The notes under the pieces: generated by a model
What the model saw: only the letters and a program-made list of their open reading frames with translations
Told to the model about the DNA's origin: nothing
Databases searched by the model: none
Program-made: the position numbers and the translations under genes
Shown here: piece by piece, positions 21,405-32,025 of the stretch
Layout: each line of letters begins with the position of its first letter
How positions within the stretch are numbered: the stretch's first letter is position 1
Assembly: GCA_036381415.1 (NCBI GenBank)
Contig: DASVCV010000007.1
Coordinates: forward strand, 1,229 to 65,228
Direction: 5' to 3'
Length of the DNA: 64,000 nt
From: Patescibacteria group bacterium
Lineage (GTDB): Bacteria; Patescibacteriota; Microgenomatia; UBA8517

Positions 21405-23438
21405 CTAGTTTGGAGCAATTTCTTTACTAGAGATAATTTCTACTAAATCAGTAAAGTTTTCCGGGTTTTCTATCACTTTTTCAGCCAGCTCCTTAGTTTC
21501 TTTTATCAAATCAGTGTCAGTCCACCTTGCTACCTTAAGTTCTGCAAATCCGTGTTGAGCTAATCCAAACACCTCGCCAGGTCCTCTTAATCTTAAATCA
21601 AGTTCAGCTAGTTCAAATCCAGACATTGACCTCTTTAAAGCAGCTAGTCTTGCTGCCACTTTTTCTGATTTGCTCTCTGTCATGGCTAAACAATATGACT
21701 TTTTACTTCCTCTTCCTACTCTTCCTCTTAACTGATGAAGTGAAGCAAGTCCAAATCTGTCAGCTGCCTCAATGACCATAATTGTTGCATTTGGAATATC
21801 AATTCCAACTTCAACCACGGGAGTCGCAACTAAAATATCTGTTTCTCCATCCTTAAATTTAGACAACACCTTTTCTTTCTCCTCATGTTTTTGTTTTCCA
21901 TGCAGTACTCCTATTTTCCTTTTTGGAAATATTTTCTTTAATTTCTCCGCTTCACTTGTAGCAGCTTTTACTTCAGTTAAGTTATGAGATTCTTCTATTA
22001 AAGGACAGATTACAAATACCTGTATCTTTTCTTCTTCTATTTTCTTTTCAATCCACTCATATGCTCCATTTCTTTTTTCTTGTCCTACTATCCAAGTTGT
22101 AATTTTTTGTCTTCCTTTAGGTAATTCATCAAGTGTAGAAAGTGCCAAATCTCCATAAATAGTAAGGGCTACAGTTCTTGGTATTGGAGTTGCTGTCATT
22201 GTTAAAACATGAGGTGCAAATTTTTTCTTCCCAATTTTATTAACTAAGTGCTGTCTTTGTTCAACTCCAAATCTGTGCTGTTCATCAATTACTACAACTT
22301 CCACTCCTTTTAAATCCACTTTTTTATGAATAAGTGCATGTGTACCAACATAAACGTCTGACTTTCCTACTTCTTCCTGAACTTTTCCTCCAGTAACTAA
22401 ACTAACTCTAACCTTAAAAGGAGCAAACAGTTTTGTTAAGGTGTCAAAATGCTGATGAGCAAGTATTTGGGTAGGAGCCATTAATATGCTCTTATGTCCA
22501 TTTACAAAAGCCATAAACATAGCTGCAGCTGCTACCACTGTCTTTCCACTTCCTACATCCCCTTCCAGTAGTCTGTTCATTGGCACTTCACTTTTTAGAT
22601 CTTTCATTATTTCCTCCATAGATTTCTTTTGAGAACTAGTTAATTCAAAGGGAAGATTTTTTAAAAACAAGTCAACTTTGTCATCCTCAATTTTAAGAAC
22701 ACTTCTAACCTTGTTTTCCTTCCAATCTCCTTTTCTTCTTAAATTTTTTAAGTGGCTAAAAAGCAGTTCATTAAAGGCAAGCCTTCTTCTTCCCATATCA
22801 AACTCCTGGGGGTTTGTTGGTGAATGTACAAAAAAAGCTGCCTGTTTAAAATCAATTAAGTTGTATTTATCTAAAATATCTTTTGGTAAATAATCTTTAA
22901 TTTCTAGCCTTTTTAAAGCATCTGATACTCTTCTTCTAATCCACTTAGAAGAAAGTCCTTCAGTTGCTGAATATATTGGGACCAGTCCCTTGGTATGAAT
23001 TGGAACTATCCCCTCTTTAATTACTTCAAATTCAGGAGAAATCATGGCAAGCTTGCGTCCAAACCAATCTATTTTCCCAGATAGTGAAACTTTCTCTCCT
23101 TCTCTTAAAACCCTTGATAAATAAGGTTGATTAAACCAAGTAACCATTATTTTTCCTGTCTCATCTTCTACTTCTGCAACTTGAAGTTTTCTACCTATTT
23201 TTGTGTATTGGTTTTTAAAAAGAGTAATGGTTCCTTCAATATTTACAATATCTCCATCACGAAGCGATGATATTGCAGCACTTTCCCTAAAATCCACAAA
23301 CCTAAAAGGAACATGATTAATTAAATCCTCAATGGTAGTAATGCCGAGTTTTTCAAGCCTTCTTAAGTAGACTGGTCCAACAAAAGGAAGCGTGCTTATT
23401 TTATCTGAAAGACCAACTTGTTTATCTTCTCTATTCAC
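21405..23438 (-). CDS. recG: ATP-dependent DNA helicase RecG
   Basis: 677 aa. N-terminal wedge domain and DEAD-box helicase motifs (GDVGSGKT, DEQHRFG). Confidence 0.9.
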   Translation of the reverse strand: MNREDKQVGLSDKISTLPFVGPVYLRRLEKLGITTIEDLINHVPFRFVDFRESAAISSLRDGDIVNIEGTITLFKNQYTKIGRKLQVAEVEDETGKIMVTWFNQPYLSRVLREGEKVSLSGKIDWFGRKLAMISPEFEVIKEGIVPIHTKGLVPIYSATEGLSSKWIRRRVSDALKRLEIKDYLPKDILDKYNLIDFKQAAFFVHSPTNPQEFDMGRRRLAFNELLFSHLKNLRRKGDWKENKVRSVLKIEDDKVDLFLKNLPFELTSSQKKSMEEIMKDLKSEVPMNRLLEGDVGSGKTVVAAAAMFMAFVNGHKSILMAPTQILAHQHFDTLTKLFAPFKVRVSLVTGGKVQEEVGKSDVYVGTHALIHKKVDLKGVEVVVIDEQHRFGVEQRQHLVNKIGKKKFAPHVLTMTATPIPRTVALTIYGDLALSTLDELPKGRQKITTWIVGQEKRNGAYEWIEKKIEEEKIQVFVICPLIEESHNLTEVKAATSEAEKLKKIFPKRKIGVLHGKQKHEEKEKVLSKFKDGETDILVATPVVEVGIDIPNATIMVIEAADRFGLASLHQLRGRVGRGSKKSYCLAMTESKSEKVAARLAALKRSMSGFELAELDLRLRGPGEVFGLAQHGFAELKVARWTDTDLIKETKELAEKVIENPENFTDLVEIISSKEIAPN

Positions 23439-23550
23439 TACCTAGAGGATAGCAGATATGGCAAGAACGGCAAGAAACTTGTAGCAAGAAGAAGAATTCC
23501 TGCAATTATGATAATTATGGTAAATAATTTGCTTCTTTTCTTTTTGGGTG

Positions 23551-24687
23551 TCATTTTACAGTTACAAATATTCGTTTTCCTATTTTTATTTTCTCTCCCC
23601 CTTTAAGCATAAGTGTTGGATCACTCACTCTAGTTCCATTTACATCAACTGCTCCCTGGGCAATAAGTCTCTTGGCTTCAGAATTGCTCCCTACTAATTC
23701 AGATATAGTAGCTGACAATATTCCAGAGCTTTTAATCTTTTGTGAATAGTCAGGAGATCTGCCTTGGAAAGTTTTTTCAAAGTACTCTTTTGCCTCGCGT
23801 GCTTTTTCTTCCCCATGTATTTGCTTAACTACTTCATATCCTAATACTTTCTTTGATTCTAAAGGTCCTACTTTTTCAACTGTATCAAGAGGCAAATCAG
23901 TAAGAAGTTCAATAGCACTTGTAAGAACTGCATCATTAAATGCCATTACTTTACCAAAAACATCAGAAGGTGAGTCGCTTAAAAATATTGCATTTCCTTC
24001 AGTCTTTCCCATTTTCTTTCCTTGATCATCTGTCAAAAGTTTCATGGTTAGTACAAACTTATCTTTATTTTTTAAATTCTTCATTAATATGCGTCCTGCA
24101 AGCATATTAAAGAGTTGATCATTTCCACCTACTTCAAGATCTACATCCATGGCAACAGAATCATATCCCTGCATTAATGGATACAGAAACTCATGAAGAT
24201 ATATTGGTTTTTCTTCCTTAATTCTGTTTGCAAACATATCTCTTTCAATCATTTGTTGTACTGTAAAGTTGGTAGCTAGCTCTAAAATCTCTTCAAAATT
24301 AAGTTTTGATAGCCAAGTTGAATTAAACATAATTTCAGCTGGGTTAGCTCCGTCAAAACGAATTATTCTTTCTACCTGTTTCTTATAATCTCTTAAGTTT
24401 TTAAGAACTTCCTCTTTTGTTAGTTTTGTTCTTGCTGCCTTTTTGTCAGTTGGATCCCCAATCATTGCAGTAAAATCTCCAATCAAAAAAATTACTCTGT
24501 GTCCTAATTCTTGAAACTCATGAAGTTTCCTTATACCAATAAAGTGTCCAACATGAAGGCTGGGAGCAGTTGGATCAAACCCTTGGTATAAAGTAATTTT
24601 TCTTTTAAGAAGGGTTTCTCTTAGTGCTTCCTTGGTAGGAAGTACTGCTGCAACTCCTCTATTTAAAACTTCATCTATTTTATTCAT
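23551..24687 (-). CDS. tyrS: Tyrosyl-tRNA synthetase
   Basis: HIGH motif (LHVGHFIG), KMSKS motif (KMGKT) and a C-terminal S4-like domain. Confidence 0.9.
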   Translation of the reverse strand: MNKIDEVLNRGVAAVLPTKEALRETLLKRKITLYQGFDPTAPSLHVGHFIGIRKLHEFQELGHRVIFLIGDFTAMIGDPTDKKAARTKLTKEEVLKNLRDYKKQVERIIRFDGANPAEIMFNSTWLSKLNFEEILELATNFTVQQMIERDMFANRIKEEKPIYLHEFLYPLMQGYDSVAMDVDLEVGGNDQLFNMLAGRILMKNLKNKDKFVLTMKLLTDDQGKKMGKTEGNAIFLSDSPSDVFGKVMAFNDAVLTSAIELLTDLPLDTVEKVGPLESKKVLGYEVVKQIHGEEKAREAKEYFEKTFQGRSPDYSQKIKSSGILSATISELVGSNSEAKRLIAQGAVDVNGTRVSDPTLMLKGGEKIKIGKRIFVTVK

Positions 24688-24782
24688 ATAAATCTAAAGA
24701 CAAACTTTTGTATGCTTACCACTATATTCTACCTCAAAATTTAGATTGTACAAACAAGCTGTGCTAAAATCTTCTATAGACC

Positions 24783-27365
24783 ATGTGGAAAGATTATTTT
24801 GAAAGAAGAAGAGCTCGTCGTTCATACCGCACTCGAGTTCCTTTCTCAAGTATGACTAGATCTCAAAAGATAGCTAAATTAACTAAATTTGCTTTCCTTG
24901 GAGTAGTCGGCATTATTATTCTTTCTCTAATTGCACTCCCCCTTTTTGCAATTGGTCTTCCCTCTCCAGATAAAATTGTAAGACGCCAAGGTTTTTCCAC
25001 CCAGATTCTAGATAGAAATGGAAAAGTTCTATATGATATTTTTACCAATGAGCAAAGAACTCCTGTTGTTTTTAATGACACTCCAGTTTTCTTAAGACAG
25101 GCAACCGTTGCAATAGAAGACAAGAATTTTTACAAGCACCAAGGTTTTGACCCTGTTGGAATAGTAAGAGGCGCAATGAGTACTCTTTTTAGAGGAAGGG
25201 TAGCAAGCGGATCAACCTTGACTCAGCAGCTTGTTAAAAATGTTCTTCTTACTTCAGACCAAACATTAATTAGGAAAGCAAAAGAATTAATTCTTACTCT
25301 TCAGATAGAAAGAAAGTACACCAAAGACCAAATACTTCAAATGTATCTTAATGAAGCTCCATATGGAGGAACTGCCTGGGGAGTTGGCACCGCAGCTGAA
25401 ACTTATTTTGGCAAAAAGGTTCAGGATTTAAACCTAGTTGAGTGTGCATTCTTAGCAGGACTTCCACAAAGTCCTTCCTACTATTCTCCCTACTCAGGAA
25501 GTCCTAAAGCATATGTAGCTCGTACTCAAGATGTTTTAAGAAGAATGAGAGAAGATGGCTATATAACCAAAGATCAGGAAAACCAGGCAAGACAGGATTT
25601 AACCAATCTTGATTTCCAAACTCAAGGAGCAAGTTTTAAAGCACCTCACTTTGTACAATATGTACAAAAAATTCTAGAAGATAGATATGGAGCAAATGTT
25701 GTTGAACAAGGCGGCCTAAAAGTAACAACTACTCTTGATCTTGATCTTCAGGAAAAAGCACAAGAAATAGTTGCAGATGAAATAGATAGTGCAACTTCAC
25801 TCCATATTACGAATGGAGCAGCTGTTGTAATGGATCCTCAAGACGGAGAAATATTAGCCATGGTTGGATCTAAGAATTTTAACGCCAAAGATTATGATGG
25901 CCAAGTTAATGTGACTCTTTCTTTAAGACAGCCTGGGTCTGCCATAAAGCCATTCACATATGTAACAGCATTTAAAAAGGGATATACTCCGGCAACTGTT
26001 GTAGCAGATGTCCCAACAACCTTTCCGGGAGGTGTAGGACAGCCTGAATATAAGCCGGTTAATTATGATGGAAAATATAGAGGTCCTATTCAATTAAGAT
26101 ATGCTCTTGCTAATTCCATAAATATTGTTGCAGTAAAACTTCTTGCAATGGTTGGAATTAAAGACGTTCTTGCTACAGCTAGTGATATGGGAATCACAAC
26201 TCTTGCTCCAACCCAAGAAGTCCTAAATAGGGTTGGACTCTCCTTAACCTTAGGAGGGGGTGAAGTTCGTCTTCTTGATTTAACAGATGCTTATTCTCCT
26301 TTTATGAATGGTGGGTCCCGTGTTGACCCGATTTCTATTTTAAAAGTGACAGATTCCCAGGGTAAAGTTTTGGAAGAAAATCATCCTCAAAAAGGCAAAA
26401 AAGTATTAACTCCTGAACAAGCTTATTTGATTGCAGATATTCTTTCAGATAACGATGCCAGAAAAGAAGTTTTTGGACTTTCCTCACTTCTTAATATTCC
26501 TGGACGTCAGGTAGCAGTTAAAACTGGTACCACAAATGACAAAAGGGATAACTGGGCAATAGGTGGGACTTCCCAAGCAGTTGTTGGAGTCTGGGTAGGA
26601 AACAACGACAACTCACCCATGCTTTCTGTCGCCTCAGGTGTATCAGGCGCCTCCCCTATTTGGAGAAGAATTGTAATTGAAGCTTTAAATGGCAAACCCA
26701 GTGTTAAGTTCTCTGTGCCAACTGGTATTGTAACAGCAGACGTTGACAAGATTTCAGGTTATAGAGCCCACGATGCCTACCCATCCCGTCCTGAGCATTT
26801 CATTAAAGGAAGTGAGCCAGGAGGAACTGATCCAGTACACACCAAATTAAAGTTATGTAAATCAGATGGGAAACTAGCAACTCCATCAGATATTTCTGGA
26901 GGAAATTATGATGAAAAAGAATTCATAGTTTTAAAAGAAGAGGATCCAACAGCAGCTCCAGGTGGGCAAAACAAATGGCAGGAAGGAATATTAAACTGGA
27001 TTGGTACTCAAACAGATGAAAAGTATCATCCTCCAACTGATTTCTGCGGCACTAAAAATCCAGTAAATGTAGAGTTCGTAACTCCATCTGACCAGTCGTC
27101 AAATTTGCCTGCAAACTTTGATATTAAAATAACCGCAGATTCAACTAGTGCAATCACACAGGTTAGGTTTGAAATAGATGGAGCAGCTCTAGGAACAGTA
27201 TCAACCTACCCCTATACTTACTCTGCAACTAATATTCCAAATGGAATCCATGAATTAAGAGCAGTTGCAAGAGATACCAATGGAAATGAATCGGATAGAA
27301 AAATTAATGTTGGTGTAGGTGTTCCCTATTCCTCACCAACCCCTACTCCCACTGCCACACCCTAG
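24783..27365 (+). CDS. Bifunctional class A penicillin-binding protein (glycosyltransferase + transpeptidase) with a C-terminal Ig-like domain
   Basis: 860 aa. GT51 motifs (EDKNFYKHQG, RKAKEL), transpeptidase SxxK (SAIKP) and KTGT. PT-rich C-terminal tail. Confidence 0.88.
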   Translation: MWKDYFERRRARRSYRTRVPFSSMTRSQKIAKLTKFAFLGVVGIIILSLIALPLFAIGLPSPDKIVRRQGFSTQILDRNGKVLYDIFTNEQRTPVVFNDTPVFLRQATVAIEDKNFYKHQGFDPVGIVRGAMSTLFRGRVASGSTLTQQLVKNVLLTSDQTLIRKAKELILTLQIERKYTKDQILQMYLNEAPYGGTAWGVGTAAETYFGKKVQDLNLVECAFLAGLPQSPSYYSPYSGSPKAYVARTQDVLRRMREDGYITKDQENQARQDLTNLDFQTQGASFKAPHFVQYVQKILEDRYGANVVEQGGLKVTTTLDLDLQEKAQEIVADEIDSATSLHITNGAAVVMDPQDGEILAMVGSKNFNAKDYDGQVNVTLSLRQPGSAIKPFTYVTAFKKGYTPATVVADVPTTFPGGVGQPEYKPVNYDGKYRGPIQLRYALANSINIVAVKLLAMVGIKDVLATASDMGITTLAPTQEVLNRVGLSLTLGGGEVRLLDLTDAYSPFMNGGSRVDPISILKVTDSQGKVLEENHPQKGKKVLTPEQAYLIADILSDNDARKEVFGLSSLLNIPGRQVAVKTGTTNDKRDNWAIGGTSQAVVGVWVGNNDNSPMLSVASGVSGASPIWRRIVIEALNGKPSVKFSVPTGIVTADVDKISGYRAHDAYPSRPEHFIKGSEPGGTDPVHTKLKLCKSDGKLATPSDISGGNYDEKEFIVLKEEDPTAAPGGQNKWQEGILNWIGTQTDEKYHPPTDFCGTKNPVNVEFVTPSDQSSNLPANFDIKITADSTSAITQVRFEIDGAALGTVSTYPYTYSATNIPNGIHELRAVARDTNGNESDRKINVGVGVPYSSPTPTPTATP

Positions 27366-27389
27366 CCCCATAGTGCTATAATTTTTTAT

Positions 27390-27710
27390 ATGGCAGAACT
27401 AGAAAGACAAAGAAAGTTAGCAATTGGAATTCCTGAAAACAGACAAGGCAGAGTAAGGTCCTGGTATGAGATGTGCGATCTTCTTAAAAGTTTAAGTATT
27501 GATATGGAGAATGTATCAGGGATGGAAAAAAGGTATGCCATTAGATACTTCCATACACAAAAGTTAATAGCAGAAGGAGAATTAGACAAAGCAAAAAGAA
27601 TATTTTCAAGGATAGGAAGCAGGAAAGATTATGAAGATTTTGAAGATAACAATGGATTTCTTCTAAAGATTATTGATGTTGCAGTTAAAGGTAAATCTAG
27701 CTGGAGTTAA
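27390..27710 (+). CDS. Hypothetical protein
   Basis: 106-aa ORF with no recognizable motif. Confidence 0.4.
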   Translation: MAELERQRKLAIGIPENRQGRVRSWYEMCDLLKSLSIDMENVSGMEKRYAIRYFHTQKLIAEGELDKAKRIFSRIGSRKDYEDFEDNNGFLLKIIDVAVKGKSSWS

Positions 27711-27715
27711 TTTAG

Positions 27716-29668
27716 TTATCCCTTCACTGTTCCACCAAACTTTTGTTTTACTTCATGAATCAATTTTTCTCTAATTTTCTCCACTTCCTTGTCCTCTAAT
27801 GTTTTGTTAGGATCTTGGTACCAAACTCTAAATGTATATGCATTGTCATATATTTCAACCAAGCCAGTTTTGCTGACAAATTTGTTTGCATTAATGGTTG
27901 CCATTACTTCCCCAATCTTTGTTCGTTCTGGGAAAATTATTGTAATATCCTCAATCTGGGGAGGATATTTTGGAGTAGGTCTATATTTTGCAAATGGTTT
28001 TGCATGTTTTCTTAAAAGCTCTACATCAAACTCATAGTATAGAAATTCATTGTCAGAGAGAACACCAAATTCACCTAAGGTTTTTCCTTCTGATTTAATT
28101 TCAGTTCTCTGATTTACTAAAAATCCCTGTTTCTCACTTATTTCTTCTTTGTAAATTATATGAAGCTTCTCAAGCATTGCTTCTACTATTCCTTTTGCTT
28201 CCCTATAAGAATATCCAACAAATATTCCACCAAGTGTCATTTTTTCCTTTGGTAATTCCTCTTTATTAGTTGAAATATATGCATTAGCCATTTCAAACAA
28301 ATGGAAAGGCTCTTTCTCTCCTAGGTTTGAATTTGCAGCTCCAACTAAAGATGTCCGAAGAGTGCTTCTTAAATATTCTGTTTCACTTCCCAGTGGATTT
28401 CTAAGTCTAAGTGAGTTTCTATCTGTCATATCAGATGAAACAAGAGAAAGTGTGTATACCTCATTTCCCCCTACACCTGCCAAAAACCTTTTTATGTTCA
28501 CCTCAAACTCAAAAGGAGAGTCTGCAAGAGATTCTGGGATTTTACCTGTCATTACCTGGCTTGGTAAATTAAAATACCCATATATTCTGGCAATTTCTTC
28601 AACAACATCTTCAGCAATTGCAATATCCTTTGCTCTATAGGAAGGAACTTCCACAGTTATTTTTTTACCTTTTACTTCAGTTTTAAATCCTAATTTGTCT
28701 AAAATTTCCTTTACCTCACTCTTTGAAATTTCTACTCCAATTACACGATTGATAAAATCAATACTAACCTCAATCTTTTTTGATTTGTATGGTGTTGGAT
28801 AAATATCAAGTGCAGCTTTTTCGGCAGTACCTGATGTTGTTTCAACAAACAAATCAACTGCTTTTCTAATTGCAGTCTCTACCAATTCCGGATCTAGCCC
28901 TTTTTCAAATAAAACTGCAGCTTCTGTTCTTTTAGGAATAGCCATTGAAGTTCTTCTGATATTAACTGGGTTGTATGTTTGCACAAAAAGAAGAACATTC
29001 TTAGTATTTGTACCAACTGCGCTATTTTCGCCTCCCATTATTCCAGCCAAATCAATTAGTTTCTCGCCATCCTCAATTACAATATCTCCTCCAGGCAAAA
29101 TATGTTTTTTTCCATCAAGAGTAGTTATTTCTTCACCCTTTCTGCTTTCTCTTAAAACCATTTGCTGTCCTTTAATTTTGTCATAATCAAAAGTGTGAAC
29201 AGGCTGTCCTAAATCATGCATAATGTAGTTTGAAATATCTACTACATTGTTGATTGGTCTTACTCCTACTTCACTTAATCTCTTTTGCATCCAGGCAGGT
29301 GAAGGTCCGATTTTGACATCTTTAATTAATATTGCAGTAAACCTAAAGCATAGCTTTTTGTCTACTTGTGCTTTTAAATAAGATACTTTCTTTGATAAGC
29401 TAAATTTTGATTTGGGTTTAATCTCATTAAATCTGGCTGAAATTTTAAATCTGGGTAGAATTACAGCAGCTTCCCTTGCAAATCCATAAATACTAGCAGT
29501 ATCTACCCTGTTAGTTGTTACTTCAGTCAAATAAACTGGAGATTTTGCATCACCTGATATTCTTTCCACAGATGGTCCGCACAAAGATATATATTTTGCA
29601 ATATCGCTCTTTGTTGCTTTTGTTTTAAGATAATCTCTTAACCAATTATCAGGTATTAATATATCCAT
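27716..29668 (-). CDS. pheT: Phenylalanyl-tRNA synthetase beta subunit (short form)
   Basis: 650 aa. B3/B4 and B5 regions and a C-terminal FDxY-like anticodon-binding domain. Immediately downstream of pheS. Confidence 0.85.
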   Translation of the reverse strand: MDILIPDNWLRDYLKTKATKSDIAKYISLCGPSVERISGDAKSPVYLTEVTTNRVDTASIYGFAREAAVILPRFKISARFNEIKPKSKFSLSKKVSYLKAQVDKKLCFRFTAILIKDVKIGPSPAWMQKRLSEVGVRPINNVVDISNYIMHDLGQPVHTFDYDKIKGQQMVLRESRKGEEITTLDGKKHILPGGDIVIEDGEKLIDLAGIMGGENSAVGTNTKNVLLFVQTYNPVNIRRTSMAIPKRTEAAVLFEKGLDPELVETAIRKAVDLFVETTSGTAEKAALDIYPTPYKSKKIEVSIDFINRVIGVEISKSEVKEILDKLGFKTEVKGKKITVEVPSYRAKDIAIAEDVVEEIARIYGYFNLPSQVMTGKIPESLADSPFEFEVNIKRFLAGVGGNEVYTLSLVSSDMTDRNSLRLRNPLGSETEYLRSTLRTSLVGAANSNLGEKEPFHLFEMANAYISTNKEELPKEKMTLGGIFVGYSYREAKGIVEAMLEKLHIIYKEEISEKQGFLVNQRTEIKSEGKTLGEFGVLSDNEFLYYEFDVELLRKHAKPFAKYRPTPKYPPQIEDITIIFPERTKIGEVMATINANKFVSKTGLVEIYDNAYTFRVWYQDPNKTLEDKEVEKIREKLIHEVKQKFGGTVKG

Positions 29669-29692
29669 ATAATTATTTTCCCATCACTTTCA

Positions 29693-30718
29693 CTAGAATT
29701 GTCTTAAATAGGTTAGATTAGAACTATAAAGTGTTCTTACATCTCCAATTGCAATTCCAGACTTCATCATATATGTTCTTTCTACTCCCCAGCCAAAAGC
29801 AAAACCTGTGTATTTTGTTGGATCAATTCCTCCTGCCTTTAAAACATTAGGATGAACCATTCCGGCTCCACCTAATTCCAGCCAACCTTCTTTGCATAGC
29901 TTGCACCCTTCTCCTTTACAAATATCGCATGTAATATCTACTTCGAATGAAGGCTCTGTGAATTGAAAATGGTATGGCCTAAGTCTCGTTTTTCTATCTT
30001 TTCCAAAGAAATTTCTTGCAAAATAATCAAGTGTTCCCTTAAGATTAACAACTGAAATGTTTTCATCAATAACAAGACCCTCAAACTGATGAAACATTTG
30101 TGTATGTGATATATCAGACTGCCTCCTATAACACTTTGCAATATTAATCATCCTAATTGGCGGAACCTTAACTCTTTTCATTTCTCTTACCTGACCGTTT
30201 GAAGTATGTGGGGTTAAAACTACTTGTCCCAACTTAGAGTTAATTGGATGGTCAACAAAGAAAGTTTCCCAATCATCTCTTGCAGGATGATTCTTTGGCA
30301 TATTTAGTGCCTCAAAAGCAAACCAGTCCCAATCAACCTCAGGATATCTCACTCTAGAAAAACCAATTCTCTCAAAAGTATGAGCAATTTCGTCAATTGC
30401 GTAAGTTAATAAATGTAGAGTTCCTACTTTTGGCTTAATTCCAGGAATTGTCGGGTCAAACCAAACTCTGGATGTTTCATTAATTTTATTCTTTTGTCTT
30501 GCAAGGGTCTCATAGATAGTGTCTTTTGCTTCATTAATAATTGTCCCTGCGCTTTTTCTTTCATTTTGGCTTAACTCTTTTATCTTTTTTATAAGAAGGG
30601 TTAGTTTACCGCTTCTTCCCAGATATGACATTTCTACCCTTTCCAGCTCCTCAATACTTGCCGCATCCATTATCTGGGCTAACGCCTGGTTTTTAATATT
30701 AATTATTTCTTCTCTCAT
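29693..30718 (-). CDS. pheS: Phenylalanyl-tRNA synthetase alpha subunit
   Basis: 341 aa. Class II motifs (FRPYHFQFTEP, GFAFGWGVERT). Confidence 0.9.
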   Translation of the reverse strand: MREEIINIKNQALAQIMDAASIEELERVEMSYLGRSGKLTLLIKKIKELSQNERKSAGTIINEAKDTIYETLARQKNKINETSRVWFDPTIPGIKPKVGTLHLLTYAIDEIAHTFERIGFSRVRYPEVDWDWFAFEALNMPKNHPARDDWETFFVDHPINSKLGQVVLTPHTSNGQVREMKRVKVPPIRMINIAKCYRRQSDISHTQMFHQFEGLVIDENISVVNLKGTLDYFARNFFGKDRKTRLRPYHFQFTEPSFEVDITCDICKGEGCKLCKEGWLELGGAGMVHPNVLKAGGIDPTKYTGFAFGWGVERTYMMKSGIAIGDVRTLYSSNLTYLRQF

Positions 30719-30854
30719 AATTTATGTACTAACTGCAATCTCATTCTCTGCATTAAAAAAGCCCTCCTGGTGGAGAGCTATAAATAAAACATTTTCTCCA
30801 CCCTTAGCTTATCTTATTCTAAAGCAAAAGGTGGTAAAAAACATTATCATATTT
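30719..30854 (-). promoter_or_regulatory. Attenuator/T-box-like leader of pheST
   Basis: Minus-strand CUAAGGGUGGAGA lies upstream of a terminator gctctcc-acca-ggagggc plus T6 (plus-strand 30755-30778). GGUGGAGA can pair with the terminator 5' arm as an antiterminator. Confidence 0.4.
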
Positions 30855-31193
30855 TTATTTAAGTGAAGATACTATTTCTTTAAAAGCAACAGGGTCAGTT
30901 GCTGCTACTTCAGCTAGCATTTTTCTGTCTAATTCAATCTTTTTAGTCTTAAGTAGGCTAATAAATTTGCTGTAGCTTAATCCATTTTCGCGTACTGCAG
31001 CATTGAGTCTTACTATCCATAATGCTCTCATATCTCTTTTCCTAAGCTTTCTTCCGGCATATGCATACTGGCCGGCATGGATTAAAGCTTCTTTTCCAGC
31101 CTTTACTCTTCTTCTTCTGGCTTGCTTCATGCCACGAGTAGCACTTCTTAGTACTCTATGTCTTCTTTGTGCTGGTGATTTTACTCTTGCCAT
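30855..31193 (-). CDS. rplT: 50S ribosomal protein L20
   Basis: MARVKSPAQRRHRVLRSATRG. Confidence 0.9.
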   Translation of the reverse strand: MARVKSPAQRRHRVLRSATRGMKQARRRRVKAGKEALIHAGQYAYAGRKLRKRDMRALWIVRLNAAVRENGLSYSKFISLLKTKKIELDRKMLAEVAATDPVAFKEIVSSLK

Positions 31194-31194
31194 A

Positions 31195-31404
31195 TTACTT
31201 TGCTGTGTATTTTACCCCTAAAAATGTTCTAATCTTTTTAGCCATATAGCCTTTCATTTCAACTGGCCTTTTTTGTGCTCTTTTCTTATTCTTTGATTTC
31301 TTCTCACGCAAATGGCTGCTAAAAGATCTTCTTCTCATTAGCTTTCCATTTTTTGTAACTCTAAATCTTTTTGTGATTGAGTTTCTTGATTTTTGTTTTG
31401 GCAT
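31195..31404 (-). CDS. rpmI: 50S ribosomal protein L35
   Basis: MPKQKSRNSITKRFRVTKNGKLMRRR. Confidence 0.9.
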   Translation of the reverse strand: MPKQKSRNSITKRFRVTKNGKLMRRRSFSSHLREKKSKNKKRAQKRPVEMKGYMAKKIRTFLGVKYTAK

Positions 31405-31405
31405 T

Positions 31406-31975
31406 TTACTTTGTTTCCTTTTCTTTAACTTCCACTTCCTCTTTGGGCTTTGCTGATTTGGTTACAGGTGAGATTGTCATTATTAGGTGCCTTCCAATAA
31501 ACTTAGGCTCCATATCTACATGAATTGTCTCTCCCAGATCTTTTATGGTTTTGCCTAAAAGATCATATCCAAATCCTCTACTTCCCATCTGTCTTCCCTT
31601 AAATACAACTGTTAATTTAACTTTGTTTTTCTCTTTCAAAAACTCTTTTACTCTTTCCAGTCTTGTATTGTAATCGTTCTCTGCTATAAAAGGAGAAAGC
31701 CTGATTTCCTTAACTTCCCCTCCTTTAGATTTCCTTGCCCCTGCTTTTTTCTTTTTTTCCTCTTGATATATGTATTTACCTAGATCAGCTATTTTAGCTA
31801 CAGGTGGTTTTGCACCAGGTGCAATCTCAATTAGATCTAGTTCTACCTCGCGTGCTTTAGCTAAGGCAGTACTTCTATCTAACAACCCAACTTGCTTTCC
31901 GTCTTCCCCAATTACTCTTAATTCCGGGGCACGGATCTCTTCATTCACTCGTAAATTTATATTCCCTTTTCTCAA
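31406..31975 (-). CDS. infC: Translation initiation factor IF-3
   Basis: INLRVNEEIRAPELRVIGEDGKQVGLL, in the canonical thrS-infC-rpmI-rplT order. Confidence 0.88.
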   Translation of the reverse strand: MRKGNINLRVNEEIRAPELRVIGEDGKQVGLLDRSTALAKAREVELDLIEIAPGAKPPVAKIADLGKYIYQEEKKKKAGARKSKGGEVKEIRLSPFIAENDYNTRLERVKEFLKEKNKVKLTVVFKGRQMGSRGFGYDLLGKTIKDLGETIHVDMEPKFIGRHLIMTISPVTKSAKPKEEVEVKEKETK

Positions 31976-32025
31976 TGTGACGCAGTTATTTTACCACAAG
32001 CTGGGCTTGGAGCCAAGCTATCTTC

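Noticed and set aside
24688-24782. Possible T-box upstream of tyrS
   Set aside because: The divergent intergenic region is only 95 nt. It has a plausible TTGTAC-16-TAGAAT promoter but no terminator hairpin or GGUGG element.
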